Source: the human T2T-CHM13v2.0 reference genome, Homo sapiens
DNA: 64,000 nucleotides
Direction of reading: 5' to 3'
NCBI GenBank assembly: GCA_009914755.4
Contig: CP068257.2
Coordinates: 36,576,001-36,640,000 of the forward strand
This document shows positions 36,856 to 46,126 of the stretch, one piece after another (the stretch's first letter is position 1; the number at the start of each line of letters is the position of its first letter). A model generated the notes under the pieces. That model did no database searches. It saw only the letters and a list, made by a program, of their open reading frames with translations, and was not told where the DNA came from. The translations under genes and the position numbers were made by a program.

Positions 36856-36877
36856 TCCACTCCTGGCTGGTTCACCA
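36856..36877 (-). promoter_or_regulatory. Primer binding site, tRNA-Arg-like (minus-strand 'TGGTGAACCAGCCAGGAGTGGA')
   Basis: Lies 3 nt downstream of the 5' LTR edge in provirus sense. It matches the complement of my recalled tRNA-Arg(ACG) 3' end (TGGCGAGCCAGCCAGGAGTCGA) at 19 of 22 positions. All three differences are CpG-decay-type transitions. Confidence 0.55.
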
Positions 36878-36880
36878 AAA

Positions 36881-37386
36881 TATTGCAGGAATGAGGAGAC
36901 TGGAGAGACTACTGGGTGGAACAGGAGGATTTTATTGAGTGTGCTCAGGCCCAGCAGATTAACAACCAAAGGCTGAGTCCTGAACAAAGGCAGGGCTTGA
37001 TTTTTATACACACTTCTGAAAGGGGGTTGGCTAGTTTGAAACAAGCTTACAGTGGTGCAAAACGCAGTGGCGTGAAAGCAGGTAACAAAGGCAGTTTATC
37101 AAACAGTGGCAGGCCTGTAACTCAGGCTTGTTTAAGCATGTCATGTGACTCCTGCTATGCGGCCCAGGTGGCTGTAATCTAGGCTTGCTCAAGCTTATCT
37201 TGTGTCCTTCACTGTGTCACCCGGATGGAAAGCAGGAACTTACAGAAACCAGCCACAGAAAACAGGAATTTGCAAACTTACAAAACTTCCCAGGATACAA
37301 TAGCACACGGGGTTGGGTGGGGGGTCGGGGTCTCGAGTTGCCTAAAGGAGAAAAATTTGTTTTTCCTCTTTTTAACTTTTGCTTCA
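36881..37386 (-). repeat. 5' LTR of the provirus
   Basis: A direct repeat of 31516-32056. The edge 'ta' at 36881-36882 is probably a decayed 'tg'. Confidence 0.85.
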
Positions 37387-37419
37387 ATACCACATTTTGT
37401 TTATACATTCAGCAGCTGA

Positions 37420-40400
37420 TGGGCATTTGGGTTGCATCCACTTTTTGGCTGTTCTGAAGAGTGTTACTGTGAACATTCATGCACAAATTTTTATGTGGAG
37501 GTATGTTTTTATTTCTCTTGGGTATATAACTAAGAATAGAATGATTGGATCATATAATAACTCTGTATTTAATATTTTGAGAAATTGCCAAAATTTTTCT
37601 TTTTTTTAATGTTACCACCCATAACGTTTGAACATTCCAATTTCTTTGCATCCTTGCCAACACATGTTATTATCTGTCTTTTTCATTATAACTATCCTTG
37701 TGGTTTTGAAGTAGTATCTCATTGTGGTTTTGATTTGCATTTCCCTAGTGGCTAAAGATGTTGAACATCTTTTCATGTTTTTATTGACAAGTTGTTTCTC
37801 TTCTTCGGGTAAATGTCTATTTAGATCCATTATTGTTTTTTAAACTCAGCTATTTATATTTTTATTGTTAAGTTGTTAAAAATTCTTCATGCAGTCTGGA
37901 TATGAGCCCATTATCAGATATATGATTTGCAAATATTTTCTCCCCTTCTGTGGATTGTCTTCTTTTCACTTTCCTGATTGTATTATTTGCAGCACAAAAA
38001 TGTTTAATTATACTATTGTCCAAATTATCTATTTTTCTCTCTTGTCAGTTTTTTTTTGTTTGTTTTTATTGTCATCTCTAACAGCAGTTCACAAAGTTTG
38101 CTTTCATGTTTCCTCTCAAGAATTTCATAGATTTAGCTCTTCTATTTAGGTTTATGACCTACCTCAAATTAATATAATGTCCTTAGTGAATTATCTTGGC
38201 ACTACTTATTGAAATTAAGTAGTTTACTTTTGGGCTTTCAATTTTATTCTATTGATCTATATGTTTATCCTTATGTCAATACCATACTGTTTTGTTTATT
38301 GTAGCTTTGAAATAAGTTTTGAAATCAGTGTGAGATCTTCAATTTAGTTCTTTTTCAAGATTCTTTTGGCTACTCTAGTTCCTTTGAATTCCCATATACA
38401 TTCTAGAATCACCATGTCAGTTTCTACAAAATAGCCATTTGGAATTTTGATAGGTATTGCATTGAATGTATAGATCAATTTGATGAGTGTTGCTATTTTA
38501 ACAATAACAACTCTTCCAATCCATGAACATGGGATGTCTTTCCCTTTATTTTGGTCTTTTAAAATTTCTTTCAACAACGTTTTGTAGTTGTACAAAGTGT
38601 TACATTACAGCATCATAGTATTCACTGTGAAAGTCTTATAATTTTTCATTAAATTTGTTCCCAAGTATCTTATTCTTTTTGGATGTTATAAATAAAATTG
38701 CTTTCTTAATTTCTTTTCAGATTCTTCATTGCTAGCATATAACAATGCAATTAATTTGTGTATATTTATCTTGTATAATGCAACCTTTCTAAATTAATTT
38801 ATTCTAATTATTAATAGTAGATTACTTAAAATTTCTACATACCAAATTATGTCGTATGTAAATATAAGAACTTTTCCTTATGTTTTTGCAATCTTAATTT
38901 TTAAGATTTATCTTGTTTACCCAATTTCCCAGGCTAGAACCTCCAATATATTGTTAAATAGAAGTAGTGAGAGTGGACACACTTATGCTGTACTTGAGCT
39001 TTGGGGAAAAGCATTCAGTCTTTCACCATTAAGTATGATATGAGCTGAGATTTTGTATTGTTTGTTTTGTTTTTGTAGATACCCTTCATCAAGCTGAAGA
39101 AGTTTTCCTCTATTCCTAGTTTATTGAATAGTTTTTTTTATCATAAATGGATTTTGGATTTTGTTACATGCTTTTTATGCTCTATTGAAATGACCACGTG
39201 TTTTTTTGGTCTTCTTTCTATTGATATGGGGCATTATATCGACTGGTTTTTTGGATGTTAGACCAGCATTATATTTCTGAGATATATCCCACTTTGTCAT
39301 AGTGAGTGTGTAATCCTTTTTGTATGTATCCATATTTAATTTGCTTGTATTTTGTTGAGAACTTTTGTGTTTATATTCGTAATAGATGTAGGTCTGGTTT
39401 TCTTGTGATATCTTTTGTTTTTGTGTCCATATAACCAACCTCATAAAATGAGCTAGGAATTGTTTTCTATTTTTTCAAAGAGTTTTTGAATAATTTTAAT
39501 AATCATTTGAATAAATAATGATTCTTTAAATAATTGGTAGAATGCACTAGTGAAATTATCTGGGTCTGGGCTTTTCTTCTGGGAAGTTTTAAAATTACTC
39601 ATTCATTAGAGGTTTTTTTTTTTTAAGATTTTCTATTTCCTCTTGAGTCAGTTGCAGTGGTTTATGTGTTTTTAGAAATTTGTCCATTTCATTTATGTCC
39701 ATGGCATACAATCTTTCATACCATTCCCTTATAATATGTTTTATTTCTGTAAGGTTAGTAATAATATTCCCTCTTTAATTCTCGATTTTAATAATTTGAG
39801 TCTTCTCTCTTTTTTTCTTAGTCAATCAAGCTGAAATTTGGTCAACTGTGTTGGTTTGACCAAGCAATCAACTTTTGGTTATTAAGTTTTGATATAACTT
39901 TTCTAATCTTTATTGCATTAATTAGTGCTCTATTTTTTATGTATTACTTTCTTATGCTTACTTTAGGTTTCATTTTCTCTTATTTTTGCAGTGTCTTAAG
40001 GTGGAAGTTTGGGTAATTGATTTGAGGTCTTTCTTCTTTTATAATGTAGATATTTATGGCTATACATTTTCTTCTAAACATTGCTTTAACTGCATCCAAT
40101 TCATTTTAGTTTGGTGTGTTTTTGTTTTAATTTATCTCAAAGGATTTCTGAATTTCCCATATGACTTCTTCTGTGAATCACTGGTTTTATTTATGAATGT
40201 GTTATTTAACTTCCAAATATTTATACATTTTTAAAATTTTATTCTATTATTAATTTCTGATTTGATTCCAATGTCATTGGAGAATATACTTTGCATTATT
40301 CAAACCTTTTAAATTTACTGAGGCTTGTTTTATGGCCTAGCATATGGACTGTCCTGAAAAAAGCTCCATGTACACTTGAAAAGAAGATGTATATTCTACT

Positions 40401-41105
40401 GTTTGTGGGCGGATGGTCTATAGATGTTTTTTAGTTCTAGTTTGTTATAGTGTTGTTTGTTTATAATTATATATCCTTTATAACCTTCTTCCCATTCTAT
40501 ACATTATTGAAAGTGAGATTTTGTAGTCCCTAACTATTATTGTTGAATTGTCTGTTTCTTCCTTCAATTCCATAAGTTTTTGCTTTATGTATTTTGGGAC
40601 ACTGTTGTTAGGTATTTATATGATTATAATTATTACCTTTTTCTCATAGATTGGCCCTTTTATCATTATTATGTGTCTTCCTTATCTCCACTAATATTTT
40701 CTGGTCTTAAAGTTGATTTTGTCTGATATTAGCATAACCACTCTGGCTCTCTAAAGTTGCTAGTGGCACGACATATCTTTTTTCATTCTTTTACTTTCAA
40801 CTTATCCTCTGTGGACAATATATAGCTGAATCTTGTTTTTTTATCCAATTTAACAACTTATGCCTTTTGATTTGACTGTTTAATCCATTCACATTGCATA
40901 ATTATTACTGTGATTGGATATATGTCTGCCATTTTACTCTTTGCTTTCTATATGTCTCATATCACATTTTGTTCCTCTGTTCCACCTTTATTACTTTCTT
41001 TTGTATTAAATTAATGTTTGAAGTATAATATTTTAATTTTTAGTGATTTTTAGTATATTTTTAGCTGTTTTCTTAGTGGTTGCCCTAGGGCTGTGTAGAC
41101 TGACT
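37420..41105 (-). mobile_element. Old L1 (L1M/L1PB-like), minus strand, covering the ORF2 C-terminus to ORF2 N-terminal/ORF1-like sequence; highly degenerate
   Basis: Contains 'gatgggcatttgggttgcatccactttttggctgttctgaagagtgttactgtgaacattcatgcac...' (L1 ORF2 3' region, reversed) and 'gtagtatctcattgtggttttgatttgcatttccctag...'. The minus-strand ORF 38344-38595 gives an L1 ORF2-like peptide ('...IPIKIPNGYF...'). Confidence 0.65.
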
Positions 41106-41215
41106 AAGAAAAAAGAGAGAAGACTCAAATTATTAAAATCAAGAATTAAAGAGGGAATATCATCACTAATTTTACAGAAATAAAAATTATTATAAGGGAA
41201 TAGTATGAACAGTTT
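41105..41215 (+). repeat. Inverted copy of L1 segment 39715-39830 (plus-oriented L1 ORF2 piece)
   Basis: The reverse complement of 41105-41215 matches 39715-39830 ('ctgttcatactattcccttataataatttttatttctgtaaaattagtgatgatattccctctttaattcttgattttaataatttgagtcttctctc') at roughly 90%. Confidence 0.6.
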
Positions 41216-41639
41216 ATATATTAACTTATCAGAATGATGTGTACTACCTTAATGCAAGTAAAATATAGACACTTTACTCTTACATAGCTCTATTCTCTCT
41301 TCCTCTTTTTTAATATTGTTATTATACATATTACCTATATATATGTAACGAACCTAAAAATATATTGTTATAATTATTACTTTATATAGTTTTATGTCTT
41401 TTAAAGAAGCTGAGAGAAGAAAGGAGAGAAATACGTATTTGTAGAATTTCTTTCATTAATCTTCTTATTTATCCTTTCTGAGTCTCTTCATTTATTTCCT
41501 GTGCATTCAGGTTACCAACAGTTGTCAGCTTCCTCCAACACAGCTCCACTCCCTTTCACCTCCTTTGGGCTCTTTTTGATAAATATGTTAGATTTTATCT
41601 TTGTTATAAGCCCTAGATTATATTTTGAGTGAAAGGTCT

Positions 41640-41880
41640 ACACCAAGCTTGTCCAACCTGCGGCCTGGGGACCACATGTAGCCCAGGATGGCTTTGAATG
41701 TGGCCCAACACAAATTCATAAACTTTCTTAAGACATTGAGGGTTTCTTTTTTTCTCATGAGCTATTTTTAGTGTTAGTGTATTTTATGTGGCCCAAGACA
41801 ATTCTTCTTCTTCCAATGTGGCCTAGGGAAGCCAAAAGATTGGACACCCTTGTGTCCAATTATTCTACACAATATAGAAA
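41640..41880. mobile_element. Candidate palindromic non-autonomous DNA-transposon (MITE-like) repeat
   Basis: Internal inverted symmetry: 'cctgcggcctggggaccacatgtagcccaggatggctttgaatgtggcccaacacaaattc' is mirrored by 'gtggcccaagacaattcttcttcttccaatgtggcctagggaagccaaaagattggacaccc'. It resembles a recalled human MER-type consensus, but I am not certain of the name. Confidence 0.3.
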
Positions 41881-42745
41881 AATGATTAGTTACTGCAGCC
41901 CTGGGTCCCTGGCCGACTAAAGAGAAACACCCAATAGAAACAACTTCCTTCTAGCAAGAATTAACAATGGTAATTAAGAGACTTTGTAACTTTGTGATCT
42001 GTTCAAAAGACTGCCCAAGGCTAAGCCTAAAGGAACTTTCCAAGTTATTAACGAGAGTTTCACAACTCTGGAGCCTTTTATGATCAGGACAGCAATGCAC
42101 TGAAACTATCACAACTGCTTCAATGTCTGATATTCCTATGGTTATAGAGAACCAACATGAATATTGCAGTTAGAATTACTAGAGAGCTCTTTTTCTTATA
42201 TAAACACTTCAACAAATATGAGTTTATGCATAAAGACATCTTTTTTCAGAAGCTGAATAATGAGCAAATCCTTTTTTACAATGTTTTATATTTTTGAATT
42301 TTAAAATTTGTTCAGCATCCTGAGTCAGACAAGTAAGAATGAAATCAAACGCAAATCTGGCAACAGAGATGTTTTGTGACTCATGAGTAAGCCATTCAGG
42401 TACAGACAATACCTGTCAGGCAGGTTGGGTGTGTTGCTAGATCACTTTCTCCATGCTCAAACACAGATATGATGTCTCGACACCCACATAAGGTATTTCA
42501 TGCTAAAATCAAGAAATACTGGGAGTTCCACTGAGACCTTAACTTTCAGGAAAAATAAAATCAGTGTACTCATTGAAGAGTAGCTATAATCACTCTTTGG
42601 ACACAGAAACGTTGCACTCTTTTTTGAAGGTTCTTTCTTGAAGCAGACGTTTCTTTCCATTTCTTTTTTTGTCAGAAAATCATTTCACAAACTGCTTTGA
42701 GATTTAACTAAATTTCTTATTTTTTTTTTTTTAAAGTTGAGCTGG

Positions 42746-43047
42746 GACTGGGCATGGTGGCTCACTCCTGTGATCCCAGCACTTTGGGAGGCCGAGGTTG
42801 GTGGATCAAATGAGGTCAGGAGTTTCAGACCAGCCTGGCCAACATGGTGAATCCTCGTCTCTACTAAACATACGAAAATTAGCTGGGCGTCGTGGCACGC
42901 GCCTGTAATCCCAGCTACTCAGGAGGCTGAGTCAGGAGAATGGCTTGAACCTGGGAGGTGGAGGTTGCAGTGAGCCAAAGTCGTGCCACTGCACTCCAGC
43001 CCAGGCAACAGAGCAAGACTTCATCTCAAGCAAAAAAACAAACAAAA
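42746..43047 (+). mobile_element. Alu SINE (AluS-like), plus strand, with an A-rich tail and a 13-bp target-site duplication 'aaagttgagctgg' (42733-42745 and 43048-43060)
   Basis: Contains '...ggcatggtggctcactcctgtgatcccagcactttgggaggccgaggttggtggatcaaatgaggtcaggagtttcagaccagcctggccaacatggtgaa...gcctgtaatcccagctactcaggaggctgag...'. Confidence 0.9.
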
Positions 43048-45420
43048 AAAGTTGAGCTGGAATTTGAGCTTATTTATTATTCCTTGAAAATCAAGTGTAG
43101 ATACCCTCGATTGCTACCATAGGGAGTGCCACAGCAAGAGCTCAGTGAGTATAATTTGTCCTCCTGTTTTTTTCTTTGTTTTGATTGCACATTTACTCTA
43201 TCAATAATATGAATGTTTCAAATTTTGTCTTTGAAATGTGGACTAGCAAAATTACTAAGATACTGAGTACTTAAAGTTACTTATAAAATACCGCTTAAAG
43301 ATATCAACATCTGTTCATCTGTAAAGCACTCTAGAAGTTGTTTGCAATTTTTACTGACAACTAAGTGAAATATAAAGATAAAACATTTGGATCTTTGATG
43401 AGCTTCAATTAGAAATGTTTTTTTCCAGAATATATCATTTTTCTAATGATAAATGGTTTAGATTGAGTTAATATTTCTGTTCCACAATTGTATTATTTCC
43501 TTTTGCCCATAGACTTTTTATTCATGCATTTCTTCAAAAAATAAATATTATATTGTTTCATCCCAATGCTTATATGGAGGCCCAGGAGGCTCTGCATCCC
43601 AACCCCTCTGTTTTCTGTCTTACCTGCCAGGTCAGGATGAGAAATGCCATTGGGCTTATTGAGGCAGGGATGGTGAGTCTAGCTTTCAGTTTCCTGTACC
43701 TGGCTGACATGATTTTCTTCACCGTCACTTGCTCTGGCTGGTATTTGTATCCATATAGAAAAATATAAACATAACAAAAGCTTTGGACAAATGAAATCAA
43801 ATTCTAATTCTATTAGAAGGCACCTGATGTCATTCTCTTAATGACTTTTTAGAGTATTACTGCACAAATACCCTCCACCAGGGGGTAGGGGAGGAAGCCT
43901 GTATTCTCCTCTGTCTGCATATCTAGTACTTTGCTAGTGGCTGACTTGGTGCTCCATAAACATGCCGTTTCTTCCTGACACTTTCATTTTCTTAAGCCCA
44001 TTAACAGCATGAGATAGACACATATGGGTGGATTCCCAAGTCAGATGCTTTGTTCTGAAACTATCTTTAAAATCTACTGTAGACTGATTTTCAGACCATT
44101 TTCCAGTGATGGAAACAGGCTCTCCCTGTGAATTTATGCAGCCTTGTTTCCCCTAACGTTTCACCCAAAATGAGGTTAGCCCTGGAAATTCCAGTGTCCC
44201 TTAGCTACAGGGGCCCTCCACTGAGAATGGCTTACTCCTATGTGTGGTACAAGTATTATGTTTGTTGCCTGTTCACATCCCAGGAAAAATACTGATTTCT
44301 GCTCCTGAAGTCATAAAAGATTATTCAATCATAAGCCTTATGTTTGGGATTATCTTCAACTATAAGCGGCTGCACACATTCAGCTTGTTCTTCCTGACTG
44401 AAGGGTCCAGAAGCAGACAGTCTATGGGTGGGAGGGTAACTCACAATGTCACCAGGGACCCAGTTCCTTTTCATTTCTACTCAGTCATCCTTGGCACAGG
44501 CGTGGTACTCTGTGTTACAAGAGGGCTGTTTGGTCCACCAGCAGCAAGAGGAAGGGAAAGGGGCAATGGGCAAAGATGACATGTCTATTGGCAAACTCTT
44601 CTAAAGAGATTTCCCAGAGGCAGGACGAACTTCTCACCCAAAATTTGGTTCAGATGTTGAGACTGATGATACCATATATGAATCCACTAAGAAAGTATGG
44701 AAAGGTTTATTGCTTACATAATGATCCAAAAATAGCTTTAGAATCCAGAGAAGAGAGACTGGCTTGGCGTTTATTGTGGGTAGAGATGAGGCTGGGGTGA
44801 AGGCTTTTGCACAGGGGTAGAGGCTTGTGGGGTTTAAATTTCCCACCAATTCCAAAGGAGGGAGCACCTGGGCCTTCTTTTCAGCTTCCTGGATATGGAA
44901 CAAAAGGAGAAGAGGGAGTAATGAGATTTGAATGCAGCCAGACATCAGAAATGTAGTCAGACTCTTTATTGCACTGTCTCAATACCCTTCTCCTGGCATC
45001 TTACAGCAGGCTGAGAAATGTGGTGTTTTAGTGGCCACAATGGAGGGCTGTTAGCACAGGAGTGCAGGATGGAGGTGAGCGGGGGGGCAGGCAGCAGACT
45101 CTGCCAGCCCAGCCATCTCGTCTTTCCTGCTGACCTCCATTCAAAGATGAAAAGTGACCTTGGCTGTCCACAAGGATCAATGGTGTTGAGGTACCTGGCT
45201 CACTTTTGTTACATAACCAAGTCCAGTGAACTACAGTAATGTAGCCTTTTCCAAAGCTTGAAGGAGCAAGAGGAAAACCATGAGAAGGAAGAAGAGAGCT
45301 ACCCTTTGGGACACAGCAGGGCCCAGTGAGTGTGTTCAGCTATAAATATGGGCATCCTAAAGATCCATCGCAATGGTATGTCCTTCTGTTAATTGCAAAG
45401 ACAAAGGGAACACACAAGTT

Positions 45421-45465
45421 AAAAACAACAACAACAACAAGAACAACAGTAACAATAACGATAGA
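45421..45465. repeat. (AAC)n microsatellite
   Basis: 'aaaaacaacaacaacaacaagaacaacagtaacaataac' read directly from the sequence. Confidence 0.8.
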
Positions 45466-45706
45466 AAGCAAAACAGCCTAATTCTGTCCTCTAGGCTGGA
45501 GACTGTAATTTTTTCCCCACCGTAGGATACTGTTAAGTTTATTCTAGGGTGAGTGGGTGCCCAAGGGAGGCAGTGAGTATGGCTGAAGTCACCTGGTGGC
45601 AGGGTGCTCAGGGATGGCCACAAGTTCTACACGGCCCTGCAGGACCTGAGTCTTTAGTCAGTTGGGAAGCTCTACCTTCTGCCCCAGCCCAAGAGGGTTG
45701 GGGCAG

Positions 45707-46126
45707 TCACGGATGTAGCAGTTTTCGTAATTCACAGGGATCCATGATGAGCATTGAGCAGGCTTGATTCTCACACACATACGCAGTGGCCTGGTCTTCC
45801 TGCCTTCGGAGGGTACTCAGGAAAGGCAGCCAGTGGGACAGGAAACTCGAGGGGTCCCCATCAGCCAGAATCAGCACCATGTTAGGAATGTAGACAGGGT
45901 GGACGCACTGCACCAGAACTTTGGTGTCCTTGGCCTGGCGGTCTCCACAGATGGTGATCTGCCTGAGGGTCTGCTGCTGGGCTGAGAGGGCACGGACCAT
46001 CTCCGGCAATGCCACCGGGACATGGTGCATGTGCTGGGAGAAGGCAGTCACTAGGCACACACACTTGTCCATCCAGTCCTTGTGACTCGTGAAGCTGTGC
46101 AACCAGAGCGGGTTGTGGGCTGACAC
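45707..46126 (-). CDS. Exon-like ORF whose C-terminus resembles the thioredoxin-domain SPATA20/YyaL (DUF255) family; it ends in a stop codon. May be a terminal coding exon or a pseudogene fragment
   Basis: A 139-codon ORF (it starts on GTG in the ORF track, and the frame is open a further ~30 nt upstream) that ends '...AYVCENQACSMLIMDPCELRKLLHP*'. The motif 'aYVCxNxxCSxPxxDxxEL' is what I recall for the C-terminus of this family. On the minus strand a polypyrimidine tract plus AG ('ctcttctcccctcttttccttccag' and 'cattacag') lies just upstream at about 46150-46190. The local sequence is richer in GC than the surrounding repeats. Confidence 0.4.
   Translation of the reverse strand: MSAHNPLWLHSFTSHKDWMDKCVCLVTAFSQHMHHVPVALPEMVRALSAQQQTLRQITICGDRQAKDTKVLVQCVHPVYIPNMVLILADGDPSSFLSHWLPFLSTLRRQEDQATAYVCENQACSMLIMDPCELRKLLHP

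Larger units (their letters stand above)
31516..37386 (-). mobile_element. Internally deleted class-I (gammaretrovirus-like) endogenous retrovirus provirus with paired LTRs, a tRNA-Arg-like primer binding site, a polypurine tract and a 4-bp target-site duplication ATAC (31512-31515 and 37387-37390)
   Basis: Two direct repeats of about 0.5 kb (31516-32056 and 36881-37386) are roughly 88-90% identical by eye. Between them, reading the minus strand, lie a gag MA-like peptide (35883-36194), a gag p12-like peptide with a PPPY late domain (35442-35873), the RT C-terminal half ('[49 protein letters not shown]'), RNase H ('ASAQKAELMALTRALLLMRDKKVNIYTDS') and integrase (HHCC zinc finger 'H..H...C..C' plus 'WKLHTAYQLQSS'). 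The internal region is only about 4.8 kb. Gag CA/NC, protease, the RT N-terminus and most of env are deleted. Confidence 0.85.
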
